A DNA stretch of 64,000 nt, taken from contig CM041465.1 of assembly GCA_023213395.1 (NCBI GenBank), forward strand, positions 83,707,741-83,771,740. Reading direction: 5' to 3'. Below, in pieces: positions 25,798 to 39,153 of this stretch. The notes below the pieces were generated by a model. It was not told the origin of the DNA. It ran no database searches and saw nothing but the letters and a program-made list of their open reading frames with translations. A program made the position numbers and the translations under genes. Numbering within the stretch: position 1 is the first letter of the stretch; each line of letters opens with the position of its first letter. This stretch comes from Cycas panzhihuaensis. Taxonomy: Eukaryota > Plantae > Cycadophyta.

Positions 25798-25895
25798 CCA
25801 CAAAATTATAAAGGATATTGTAAAACTCAAAGAGACACCAAAAAATGATTTTGCAGTATCTTAGAATATTTACAGTATCCTTTTAATTTTTATGG
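25798..25895. repeat. Imperfect inverted repeat (~45-bp arms) upstream of the first recognisable PMD exon
   Basis: ccacaaaattataaaggatattgtaaa versus reverse complement of the right arm ccataaaaattaaaaggatactgtaaa. Confidence 0.7.
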
Positions 25896-28439
25896 AATTA
25901 TATTATAAAATACTTTTAAAAAACCTGAAAAATTAAATTAATCATTGATTAATCATTTATAATGCTTGGAGTTCACTATATAGTCCTTTATACAACTCCA
26001 CTCTTAATTTGTAGGGAGATGGGAGTGATTTATCCTCTCTTTGACTATATTTAACTAATTCCATCACTAGAAACTATCTAAATATAATCCTACTCCATTT
26101 TTACAAAGATTACAAATTTTAATCATTAAAATTTACTGGATACACTAGCTATGGGTCCATGGTCTCATCAGCTCCTTACTACAACTCATAACTACTTAGT
26201 TCTTTGATAGTGATTAATTCTCTATTATGGGGGGATTTCACATTTCATATATGGTTTGGTAAAAATGAATTGGTTTTTTCTCCTTTTAGAATACTTTTCT
26301 CTCTTGTCATTTAATAGCTATTTGACCCCCATTTCACACACTATTTATTCTTTTTTATTCTATTTTTCCTTATTCTCACATTATTTTTGTAGGTTTCATC
26401 TCATGTTTTCTCCTGTCTAACATTCCAACAACCTTCCTTTCACTATTTCTAGGTCCATTCACTTATGTTAAAAGTCACTTGCCCTTTTTAAGACCCCTTA
26501 AATTTGTCACTTCCTACGATTGACTCTTGTTTCTATCTCACATGGCCTATCTATATCTTCCATCATTTATTGTCCCTCTTTGGCTTTTCCTTTTCCCTTT
26601 TTCAAGTATATTTCAATGTTACTTTTACATTTGGCGAAGGATAATGTCACACTCATGGTGTTACCTTTTTGTCTCATTATTTTAGTCATAATAATTAAGG
26701 ATACATATTTCCCTTTTCTTATCTTGTTATCTCAACCTTGCCTACATTATAATCATACCTATACTCACACTCATGTGTTGTCAACCTAGAGTTTTCTAGT
26801 TTCAAACATCCCTTTATCTCCTTGGATTAGTTAGGGGATTGTATAGTCCTTTTATTCTATTAAAATTTTACTTAAGTGAATAGGTAATTTATGACATAAC
26901 ATCCTAAGTGTTCACCATCATAGACCACCACCTTGGTATTTAGAGTAGGCCACATATTAATCTCATCCCTACTGGTTGGTAGTTTAGGCCCTAAATATGT
27001 GAATCATTCAATAACTTTGGATTATGGTTGTATCTTAATAATCCCATCTAATGTTTGAATCCTACTTGATGCTATGATATGAACCTAGTCAAATGTAAGT
27101 TTTTACATAAACAAAATTGTCAATCATCCTTTTGAAAACATCATCCTGACATCTGGGGTAGGTTGAATGATGGCCTCATCCCTACCTACCATGTGGTAGT
27201 TTGGATCTAGATTGATTACACCTAGTAGGGCCTTTAGTTTCAATGTTGTTTTGGCTTATTAAGGCTCTCACTTAGAACAAACCCTATTATGACTATCATC
27301 TCCCATCCCTTAGTTACTTGTGAATACCCCTATCGACTTATGGTCCTACTCAATCATCTTTCTCTTATCCATTTCCTATTTTCCTCCATCTATTTACAAA
27401 CCCTCATGTTATACTTTCATAAGTTATGATTGTATCCATAATATATCTCATTTACATTGATGTGTAAATTTGATGGAACATTAGGCCTTTTGTTGTCGAG
27501 TTCCTTCTATTTATATCATCATGAGTGTGAAACTATTTCTTCCCTTTTCCCATGAACAACTTAACCAAGTATGTTATTATTATAGCTGCCCTCTAATATG
27601 TAATCTATGCCTAACACTTTGGCATCATTCTTTTTATAGATTTCCTCCTTATTACTTACCAATTAATCCCACCCCAAGTTATTCCTTTCATTAAAGGGAT
27701 CACTTACCCAATTCATTTGCAACAGATTATTTTGACCAAAAACCCTAAGTCTACATGTGTGGGCATGACAATCTTTATAAGTGTTATTTTCATTATAGAG
27801 AATCCTTGTGTTTTCACTTGAATTAGGCTTTAGTTAAATTAAAATCCATTAATTACTTTTATTAGATTCATTTTATAATCAATTTATATAATTATTAATA
27901 TAATAAATGAAGCACAAATAGAAATAAAAGTGAAATGGAAAAAAAAGAAAAATACTTTCTTATTCTTATCTCCTTTTTTCTTTTAAAGAAAAAAAGTAAA
28001 ATGAAATAAGAAGGATGAGAGAGGAATAAATTTGATGAAAAGTATACATGGATGGCTTGATGCAATGATGCTTATATTTGATAAAGAAACAATCTTCTCA
28101 TATTTGTTCATGCCATTCTTACTCTTCAATTCTTATAAAATATGATCAAGGAGATACTATCAAGTATAGAATATCTATTAAGAGAGAAACAAAACCAAAT
28201 AAAATGAGGTAAATCATTATTTCTCAAGTTTGAGAAATGGTTGTGTAGGTATTTAACAAATATCATAATGAATGTTAAGCAAAAATGAAGGAAAAGATTG
28301 AAGTTGATAATGAAATAAGGCAAGCAAAATGTTAATATGACATGAGGAATGATAGTTTTTTAATGAAAATGAAAGATAAAAATAAGCAAAATTAACTAGA
28401 ATCTTAAAGAAAACCATTGAAAGCATATACATAACATAA

Positions 28440-28519
28440 GGTATTTTAAAAGAAATACCACTAAAGATATATAATTAATCTATGGTATATCAGATGAAAT
28501 ATTACATAAGTGTATGAAT
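28440..28519. repeat. Left part of a ~43-bp tandem array (split by G)
   Basis: ggtattttaaaagaaataccac... and ggtatatcagatgaaatattac... resemble the units at 35701-35896. Confidence 0.55.
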
Positions 28520-31500
28520 TATTAAAACATCTAACGTGACCTCATTATATTATATTTTTCATGTATTATGTACTTGTTGTAATAGAGGGTGAGATCTCCT
28601 TTATAGATTAAATTATAATTTGTATTATGGTCAGGTCCACCCACTTGTTGCTAAGTCAACCAATCATATTATTTGTGTTCAGGCCTTGTATGCTTATAAA
28701 TTAAGCATGATCCCCCTCATTGCACATTTGACTTATGATATATATAAAAGCTTTGCCAAAATTCAGTTGCACTGTGTAACCAATTTACGCATAGCACTTT
28801 TATGTAATCAATTTATAGTGTTATGGTGTGCTAATCTTTGTTTTCTAATTTATTATTTTCATGCACATAGTTTATGATCATATTAATCAATTTCACATGG
28901 TATTAGAGTTAGTTATATGTATTTTATGTAATTATTTATGAGTTTAGCTAAGAAATGGTGGCCCATTTGTCAATAACAACACCCTATTTACTTATGTTTT
29001 CATAGGTTTTCACTTAGTTTCAAAAATTTTCTAGTATATCTAATACACTGTAGGGTTCATTACATGATGTAGTTATCACCATTTATAGTCTAGTTGGCTA
29101 GTAGTAGTCCTTGATCCTCGTTGTTGTAGCTTCATGAAAAAGTGACATGTTGTCTTCATTGTTTCTTGCCATTTATCCTTTGTTTCAATATTTCCATAGA
29201 CTGTGTGAGTTGAATCTCACTCCCCAGTGATTGATCTACTTCTAAACTACTCGCAGGCTCTTCTTATAGTCCTTTGAGATGATTCAATAGTAGATCCAAG
29301 TATTCTTCACTTAATTTAATCAAGTTTTAGCTCACAGCCCTCATACATCCTTAGTCACCTCTTTCTCCACTATATAGCTTTGTATAGTCCATTTAAAGCT
29401 TGAGATCTATAGAAAAACCTCTTACGTATGACTTTGATTAATTTTAGAGTGTCTTGGTGCAATCTTGATTGATTTTGAAGCAATTTAATTACTTAAAATC
29501 ACCTCTACATCACCCAAAATCATACAACTACCATGGTTTTAAATCACATTTAATTTATATGATATTTTTTTATAAAGTTTAAATTATATTAAAGTAAATT
29601 TAGATCTTAGCTCAAATCCATAGAGGTGCTCAGTATGTACAACTGGTTTCCTATGTAACCCTTATGACTAGGAGTTTAAAAGCTAAAAGGGCATATTCTA
29701 AATTAAAAAGAAATTTTTTTAGTCCTTTTTGCATAATTAAAAAGGTTATTTGACATTTGATAATAGTTTTAATTCTACCAGCCCCTTTAACAGACTAGTG
29801 GGTGGTCACATGGTGACCTTTTAAGACTTCAGGTTATTCCTTGAAGGGGGCTTAAGCCACCATAATTCATTTTTTTATCCATAAAGAGTACCCATCATTA
29901 TTTTGTCCATAACTTTTGGATTCCTAATTTAGAGGCACATAGTTTAGAGCCAGTTCTATTTAGTTTTGAGTAGTTTTTCAAGGGTTTCTAAGTAGTTAAA
30001 ATAGACCTTTTTATTTAAGCCATGATAAATTTGTTTTCACTAATTGAAAGCTTATTTTTAAGTTTACAAGGTTTCTAATAGTTAAATACTAGTTATATAT
30101 ATCCTATTTGTTATCCTACCTAGTTTTTTGGCTAATAAGTACTTGTGCATTATGGTTGTAGGTGCCCTTCTTATGTGAAGTAGGTTGATCTTCATATGGA
30201 GTAAGGTCCATTAAAGAGAACCCTAAAACCTTCTATTTTTTTTAAGTTATTACTTTTTTTTTAGTCTCCTTGCTTTTATTTCATAAAAAGAACTCTTTTT
30301 TAAATAAGAACATTTTTAAAATCAATTTCAACTTAAAAGATTAAAAAAGATAACTCTTAATCTATAAGACAACTTTACTAGCCTTGCAATAGGAATGGTT
30401 AGGACCCTTGAAGTTACCACTCTACACACGTTAGTGGTTCTTCTTGAATTCTATAGATATTAGAGAAGCCCACTAGCTATAAGGTATATTAAGTAATATG
30501 CTAAGATGTTAAACCCTACCTTGGAGTTTGAAGACTAAGCTAGAACTAGAGGGGATGAGTACCTTGATTTGTAGTTCTTAGCTAGATCTATTGCTAGGTA
30601 TAAGTTTAGTACATGTGGATCACTAAGTCAAGTGGGTCTTTGACCTTCTTAGTAGCCCACGTACTAAGGTGTATAAAGCTTAGAGCTCATATACTGATAT
30701 ATAGGGTCCCTAATTTACCAATTGTAGGTAGGCACCACTAAATAGAATAGCAATCAAGGGCTTCTTAGAGTCCCTTAAACTTAGCATTCTAGTATAGCAA
30801 CCTCCCTAGGTAGATAGGATACTAAAAGGATACTTTAAAATGGTAGCATAAATGCTTTTGTCTAATATAATTAAACTTAGTAGAATAAATAAATTTATAG
30901 CTTGGAAAAAATAAATTAAAAACCTCCTAATAATGAATGACTTTTAGACCTATGCCAATGGGGACATACCTCTACCCATGCCTATAAAGGACCTAAATGA
31001 TCCTATCATAGAGATTCCATTAGACCTAGTTACCCTAATATCTTTCAAAGTTAAGAATAGCATTGCTCTCTCATTCCTCCACTTGGCTGTAGAAGACCAA
31101 GTAGATTAAAATATTAAAATAGCCTAAACCTCCCATGAAGCTTGGAGCATCGTATGTTCCCTTTATCAAACAAAAGATAACTTTAGGTCCTTAACCTTCA
31201 AAGCATACCTCTTTGGTATACCCTTTACTAGAACCATAATAACCCACCTAACTAAAGTTAAAATAATTAGAAAACAACTTATCATCCTTGGTGAACCTCC
31301 CTTTGATCATGGCCTTATGTCTAATATTCTCAACATTCTTCCTATAGAATATAATAGTTCTGTGTCTGAGCTTTATGATATCTTTATCAAAATGGACTTC
31401 AACACATTTAAAGGACTCTTTCTTAGGGAGGAGAACATTCTTAATCACTAAGGAGTGGCATTTACTTCTGACTTTGCCCCTTTGTTTACATCTATGAATT

Positions 31501-34500
31501 TAAAATATATTTAATTATCTCAACAACCAAGCCATCAGTCAACTCATCAACAAACCTTTACTTAATAGTTTAGCTCTTTGAACATCTAATAATAGACATA
31601 TTAGTACCCACCAAATCAATAATTTTATGCTTAATAGGTTAGTACCAACTTTTAATAGCTCCAATAAATATGACAACCACAATAACCACACCAATCTTAA
31701 CCTTCAAGGAATCAATAGTGTAGATAAAATATCACCTATATATACTGTGGGAAAAATGGATACCTAGTAATTGATTATAAAAGAAGACATGTTAATTTTC
31801 AAATCCTTCATAACCAAAGTGGAGAACAAGGAGGCTAATATTTTTAACAAAATATGAATCTTAGGTAAAACCAAAACTAACACCAATCAAATAGGTAAAG
31901 GTTCCAACCAAGAAACCCAAGGAATAATCAAAACCTACAACAAGGAGGCAAAATGGCTAATACTCAACCCTCCTCCTAAAATTTATTCTTTGCTACCTTG
32001 TCATCTCAACATGATAATAATTCTTAGTTGATTGATTCTAGTGCCACACATCATATGACTAGTACTGAAGACCTTCTTAAGGAGACATAACCAATAAGGG
32101 CCCAAATTATAATATTTGGAGACAATGTTACCTATGATGTGACCAATATTGGATGTGTCCCCATTACACTAAAGGATTCAAACATTTATCAACACATTAA
32201 TAATATCTTTAGAGTACCTAGTATGAAAATGAATCTGCTATCAGTTAGTGAGATTTGCAAGTAAAATTTAGATATTCTCTTTATCCACAACATCTACATA
32301 ATTATAGATCATGGTATAGGTCAATTGGTTACCACAAGACATGAAGATAATAGATTATACAAACTTAATAGAGTTACCCTTAGTACCACTACAACACAAG
32401 AGTCTTATTCCATGGCACATAATAATCACCTTAATAAAGGGAAAGTAATCATTATTAAAGACCCACCCCTTAATCAAGATTAAGGTGAATGTTCATATTC
32501 TAAAGAGACACCCACCTCCAACAACACCAAGGACCAACTATGCCATTGACATCTTATTCACTTAAATATGTAAAGTCTAAATCTCATGTCCGGGCTATAT
32601 ATAGTATATGGACTACCAAAGATCAGGAAAAATAATTGTATTTGTGAGGCCTACTTAGTTGAAAAGTAACATAGAGAATGATTCCTATTAAAGAAAGTAT
32701 GAAGAGCCTTATAGCCATTAGATTAGTCCACTTAGATATTTATAGGCCTTTGTCAATTCCATCTCTTAATGGGAACCTATTTTTAATGACCTTTATTAAT
32801 GAATATTCTAGGAAAGTATGACTCTACTTCCATAGGAATAAGTACTAAGACTTTAACAACTTTAAAGAATTCAAGGTTAAGGTAGAAAATGAAAGTTGCA
32901 TGAACATCATGGTGTTAATATTTGATAATAGAGGAGAGTACACATCCAACTAATTCACCAACTTTTATAAATAATATGGTATCAAATATTAATTCTCAGC
33001 CCGTCACACACCTCAACAAAATGGTAAAGTATAAATGATAAACCAAATGTTGGTAATTGAAGAAAAATCCATGTTGAGTACTGCTAATCTTGCTACTAGG
33101 TTTTGGGCTAAATCCATATCAACTATTGCTTATCTAATCAATAGAAGTGCCACAATAATAGTTAGAAACATCACTATAAAGGAGGCTTGGGTAGGTATTA
33201 AACCAATAGTTTCTCATCTAAGGAAATTTAGTTGCATAGCCTATAAATTCATTCCCAAGGAGAACAAGAAGAAACTAGATGATAAAAGCCTCAAGTGCAT
33301 TTTCCTTGGCTATGTACCTAGATGTAAAGTCTACAAAGTATATGATACTATTGGAAACTAGGCATACATAACTTGGACTATCATATTTATTGAAGATACT
33401 TAGGACTTGGATCTCTCACAAATTTTGTTTATAGCAAATAAAGATATTGGTGTACTTGAAGTGCCTCTTGTACCAATTCTTGAGCCACTAGCACCTACAT
33501 CATCCTACATACTAGGTATATCTTTGGTTCTAGCAACCACAACATCCACTTTAGATGCCACTATAACAATGCTACCTATATCTCCTAATGGTCTTCAAAT
33601 AGAGGTCTCCAGTGTTTAAGCACCTTCTAAGTGGCTACAATAATTGCTAAAAGATGCAGCTCCTCCTCCCACAGCTTCCAAAATAGAGTCTAGAATGAGA
33701 CACTCCACCTACTTTACCTTAATGGCTCATATCCTTGAGACCTTTAAGTATTCCATGTTTGAGGAGCTAATTAAAGACCAAATATGGAAAGTAGCAATGG
33801 GTGAAGAAATAAACTCTATTCTTAGAATGGCACATGGGTACTAGTAGAATTGTTGCCTGGAAAGAAGTCAATTGATTATTAATAGCTTTACAAGATAAAA
33901 TTTTATGCTGATGGCACATTAATCATCACAAAGCTTGATTAATTACAAGAGGTTTCAAATAGTAAGAGGGGATTGACTATGATGAGACCTTTGAATTGAT
34001 TGCTAACATGACCACATTTCATTTAGTTATGTCACTTATAACTCAATTTAACTGGTCTATATACCAAATATGTGTGAAGAGTGCTTTCCTAAATGGAGAG
34101 CTTACTAAAGAGGTTTTCTTGAAGTAACCTCTTGACTATGTTATTCTTGGTAAAGAAAACCTAGCTTGTAAGCTTAAGAAAATCTTATATAGATTGAAGT
34201 AAGTGCCATATACCTGGTATGACAAGATTGATGCCTTTTTTACATAACATAGATTCACTCATTTACCCTCTAATTCAAATCTATACATTTGGATTAGAGG
34301 AAATTTAGTCACCATCATAGTGTTTTATGTGGATGACTTACCAATCACTAGTAATAATAACAAAGGTATAGCTTGGTTATAATCTAAACTCAAAAGTAAC
34401 TTTGAGATGATAGATCTTGGGTTGCGACACTATTTCTTTGGTATTAAAGTGTGGTAAGAACCATGACATATATTCTTGTCATAATATAAATACTCTAATG

Positions 34501-35668
34501 AACTCTTATAGTAGTTGAAAATGACTAATTACAAGCCTGCATTAATTCTAATAGAAATAGAAACCAAGCTCGACCTAAACAAATAAGAAAAGCCCTTTGA
34601 TCCCACATTATACTGACAATTGGTTGGGAGCCTTATCTTCCTCACTCATACTCATTGAGATATCTTTTATGTAGTTGGGATTTGTTTTAGGTATATGTCA
34701 TAGCCTAAAGCATCCCATTGGAAGGCTGTCATGAGAACCCCCAAGTACATCTATGGCACACATTAGTTTGGACTTGACCGTAATGAAACTAAATATCCTA
34801 TCTTTAAAGGATACATAGATGTTGATTTGGTAGGTTTCTAAGACATATGCCATTCAATATCAAGATACTATTTTGATATAGACTCAGCTATAATCTCCTA
34901 AATCTACAAGAAATAGCTTAATGTTACTCTCTCCTCCATTGAAGTTGAATACAAAGTAATTATTCATGTTGTTATAGAGTTGATTTAGTAATGTAGGATT
35001 TCCCTTTGGGCTTGGACTTCAACCAACTTCTACTATCACTCTTTTTTGTGATAATTAAAGTGTATTGAAGATGATAAAGAATCTTAGTTTCCATACTTAA
35101 ACTAAGCATATAAAGGTCTATCATTACTTCATCCATGAGCATGTTCAAAACAGAGAAGTAGACGTTGTATACTGACTAATTGAGGACCAAGTTGTAGATA
35201 TCTTCACCAAAGCACTTAGTAAACTAAAGTTTGAAAGGTTCTAGTATAACCTCAACATTAAATCCAATGAATCTATTGTTAAAGGAGGGTGTTAAAACAT
35301 CTAATAATACCTTATTATATTACATTTTTCATATATTGTATAGTTTTTATAACATAGGGTGGCACCCCCTTTGTAAATTAAATTATAATTTGTATTATGG
35401 TCAAGTCTTCCCACTTGCTATTAAGTTGACCAATCATATTATTTGTATTCAGGTTTCATATGTTTATAAATTAAGCATGATTCCCCTCATTTATACATTT
35501 GACTTTTGATATATGCAAAATCTCTGTCAAAATTTATTCACACAGTGTAACCAATTTACCCGTAGCACTTTTATGCAATTAATTTATAGTGTTATAGTGT
35601 GTTAATCCTTGTTTCTTGATTTATTATTTTCATGCACATAGTTTATGATCCTATTAATTAATTTGGCA
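28520..35668 (+). mobile_element. Element G: full-length decayed Ty1/copia
   Basis: LTRs 28520-28897 and 35290-35668 are colinear; PBS TGGTATTAGAGT 28898-28909; PPT aaaggaggg before 35290; TSD tgaat/agaat (4 of 5 match). Confidence 0.92.
30852..35270 (+). pseudogene. copia gag-pol pseudogene of G
   Basis: LIDSSATHHMT (protease); TPQQNG and ORF 33035-33361 (integrase, KKLDDKSLKCIFLGY); FYVDDL (RT); TKHIKVYHYFIHE and DIFTKAL (RNase H). Confidence 0.92.
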
Positions 35669-35896
35669 AGAATACCACTAGAAACATAATGATATATGAT
35701 GGTATTTCAGAGGAATACTACATGAAGTATACTAATGTTTGATGGTATTTCATAGGAATACTACATGAGATATAGTGATATTTAGTAGTATTTCATAGGA
35801 ATATTGCATGGAATAAATTGATATTTGGTGGTATTTCATAGGAATATTGCATGAAGCATACTAATTTCTTATAGTATTTTAAGAGAAATATTATTG
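35669..35896. repeat. 43-bp tandem array, ~5 units, each with an internal palindrome
   Basis: Units start at 35701, 35744, 35787, 35830 and 35873; consensus GGTATTTCATAGGAATACTACATGAAGTATACTAATATTTGAT. Confidence 0.85.
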
Positions 35897-36799
35897 AAAA
35901 TGTAAAGAAATAAGTGGTATCTATAAGTAATGAAGCAATATCATTATAAAATGGTAAATAAAAAAATTATATAAATCTATCAAGAAAATGTAGCAATAAG
36001 TGGAAACTATAGAATTTAAGATAGAAAAGAGATTTGGATCAAAGTAAGGCCAAAAGAGCTTTACTTATTGATGTAAATGATGAACTCGTAATGACCTAAG
36101 ACATGAGTTCTACTTTGAATGTATACCTTAACTACAAAACTATCTTCTTAAAAGTATCCTTCTTATTATTATCTCTTTGTATTTATCTTACCAAAAGAAG
36201 GAAGGGAAAGGGTATTATAATGAAATGACTTGAGGTGGATATTGCATTATGAGATGAAAAGGTATAATAACAAGCAGTAGTTTTATAAACTAATAGAAAA
36301 GATCAATAGATGAAAGTATCCAATGAGAAAAGAGTGGGGTTATAAGAGGGTAGTAACTTCCTCATATGATATATATTTTTGACTTATGACCACTTCATTG
36401 ACATCTATTTAAAAAGATATAACCAATGGGATAGATTAAAGTAAATTTTACGTTTGAGAACAAAGTAAAAAATACAAAATAAGAAAATCTTATGAAGAAT
36501 GATGAGGTAAAATAGGTTAATTATCAAGTACTTGAGATATGGTATTATAACTTCATGTGGTAAAAGGGAGATTGAAATATAAAGTCATATTTTATATCCC
36601 TTTTTTATTATTAGTGAGGGGGGATATAATATAAAAATGTAGACTAGACCAAGAAAATATTAAATCAAATACATTCTAATACAAATAACAAATAAATGCA
36701 AGTAATCAAATTCAATATCAAGAAAGTGCAAAGTGACAAATTCATATTTAATTATAGTAGAAAAGGTCATACTTGAGTTATTTAGATTGAGGGATAAGG

Positions 36800-39153
36800 C
36801 GTTAAAAATTAGGGAAACATATGTCTAGTAGGTTGGTAAATTCTACCATGTTGATAGTCTTGGCTTGCGGATCTTGGTTGTCTTTGGGAGGGGGTCTTTG
36901 GTTATGCCAATTAGTTTTCTTGCCTCATGAACCTTTAGTAGGTATAAAATCCTCTTTGTTTTTAGACTCAAAGGTGACAATTCACTCTCATTCTTAGCAA
37001 GATTTTTCCCTTTATGCTTATCTTAATGGTTAGGGAAAGAGTTAGCATAAATCAATAAGTTCTTATTTTATCATGTCAGATATTGGTTGGATGAGGGGTG
37101 GTTATTGCTAAGTTGTTTAATCTTATTACATTTGGAGAATTCATGTGTATCAATTTAGTGGTATATATAGCAAAGTTCCTCCTTAATAAGAGGAGGCTTT
37201 TCCCTCTACTTTGGGTTTTACTTTGCTAGATGGATAACCTTAGAGTCTTTAAAAGGCTCAAGAGTAAAAGTTGAAAGCTTAGTTGTAAATGATCACTCTT
37301 AAACTCATAAGGTATAAGTGAGCTAATCATAGGTTTTATTTCTCTACGTAGGCTTAGAATCTTAAGTAGGCTCTTATTTAGGAACATAAATGGATTTATT
37401 AAGCTTCTTAATCCCATCTTGGATCTTAAAGGACTTAAGAACTAAATATCTATCCATTGCACTCTTATAAGTGGTAGGACCAAGTTTGAGCAGCTCAAGA
37501 TGGACTTGAGATTTAAGAAGTATTCATGAATAGGTTAAAACATAATTCATTAGCTAAAGGCCTTTGACAAGAATGCACAAGATCCTAGAAATAATAGATG
37601 AAGTCTTATGAGGAAAAATCTACCGCATGATTTATCAAGAAAAAGTCTTTCACCCTTATTTCAAAAGGATGAGAAATATTAATATAGTTAATAAAGGAAT
37701 CATCAAGTTGTTAGAATAAATGAATAAAAGCATCTATAGAATCACTTATAATTACCATCTTATAGGGATGTAAGAAAGATCCATATCATAATATAATCAT
37801 AAAGAGTATAATCAATGCATTCAAGTGCAAAATCTTACATGTAGTCAATAAGATCTTGTCTTAACTTTCTACTAAATTTAGGAAGTTTAGGGATGAATGA
37901 TGGGTGGCATAAGAGGACCTCTTATAGAAAAGGGTTTCTCTTATAACCTATATAGATCCTCCTTATCATGAGAGAAGAGAAGGGTGGGTGGTTAAGTGAT
38001 TTATGAGGATGGGAAAACTAACCAATAATAGGATCACTTGGGTGTGAAGTACCTAGGTCTACTTAAGGTGGATAGGCTTAGAAAATAAAAGTAGGAACAA
38101 GACCAAATGCCCTTACATAAGGAAGATATTTGATGTATAGGTGAGAAAGTGATTATTTGTAGATTACACTTAACTTAGATGCTTAAGGTCCTATAGGGGG
38201 AACCTAAGAGGAGGGAAGATTAGGTTATGAAGGAGCCCAAGGGACATGAACATTAGTTTGAAGAGGGGGGCATCCACTTATACCTAGGTAGGATGTAAAA
38301 GGTAGATCATAAGATCCTTTGGGATACAAACTAACTTCCTAAGTCAATTGAGTAATGGAAGTGGGAATAGACTTCTAAAGAAAGGGAGTGATACTAATGG
38401 AAGGAGGTTGTGTCCATGAATATGTAGAAGGCACTTAGTTAGTTAGTGGGAATAAGTCTTACCTAAATAGATTGGATGGACATGGAAATAAACTTATGAG
38501 ATGATGTGGATAGGGGAACCAACCCATATGACTAGGTAATAGGTTGCCTCCTTAGGTGAATGGTAGAGGTACTAGACCCTTGAGAAGGGGGCACAATAAT
38601 AGAGAGAGGAATGATAGGTACAATGATGGAATAAACTGGTAGAATTAGGAAAAGGATAGCTAGGTTAAGACTAGAAAGTAGGCAAGAGACCCCATGAGAT
38701 AAACCTTATAATAGAATTGAAGTAAACTCAAAATTCAAAGAGTAAAATAATGATTGAATAAATGGGTGACTTCAAGCAAAGAATAGACTCCTTAGTCCAA
38801 AACTTGGATAGTAGATGAAGGTATTCTAGGTTTAGAGATTAGAGGGATAAACATAGTGGAGGGCATAATGTAGGAAGAGGAGGTTGTAGCCTCTTGAGGA
38901 GGCATATAAGAACTCTATACATGTGAATGTTATCCTAAATCAATACGTCCAAGAAAGGGGTCATTAGGAGGTTAAGGAATGCCATGAGAATGAGAGGACT
39001 TTGAGTTTTTGTTACTTATAGCTTGAAGAGGAGTGAACTCCCCAAGAAGGAGTTATGAGTGATGAAACATGAGAATGAGGAGGCAAGGGAAAAAACTGAG
39101 GGGTTATGGCAATCCTTGGATTGGTCTTTACAAGACTCCTAATTTTATGGCAT
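36800..39153 (-). pseudogene. gypsy gag pseudogene of F
   Basis: IPKLPKFS..RQDLIDYM*DFALECIDYTLYDYIMIWIFLTSL*DG.YK*FY aligns with K FPKFSGDSSQDPTSHI*KFTFACMDFIPYNHVMIHLFPKSLQGDALR; ends near KTINMVE (K: RTINIVE). Confidence 0.8.

Noticed and set aside
26000-27760. MULE transposase or dUTPase next to the PMD gene
   Set aside because: No convincing DDE, SWIM or dUTPase motif set was found by manual translation; only vague resemblance.
35669-35896. CRISPR-like appearance (palindromic repeat plus variable segment)
   Set aside because: The variable parts are related to each other mainly by transitions, there are no cas genes, and the context is plant retroelement DNA; it is a tandem repeat.
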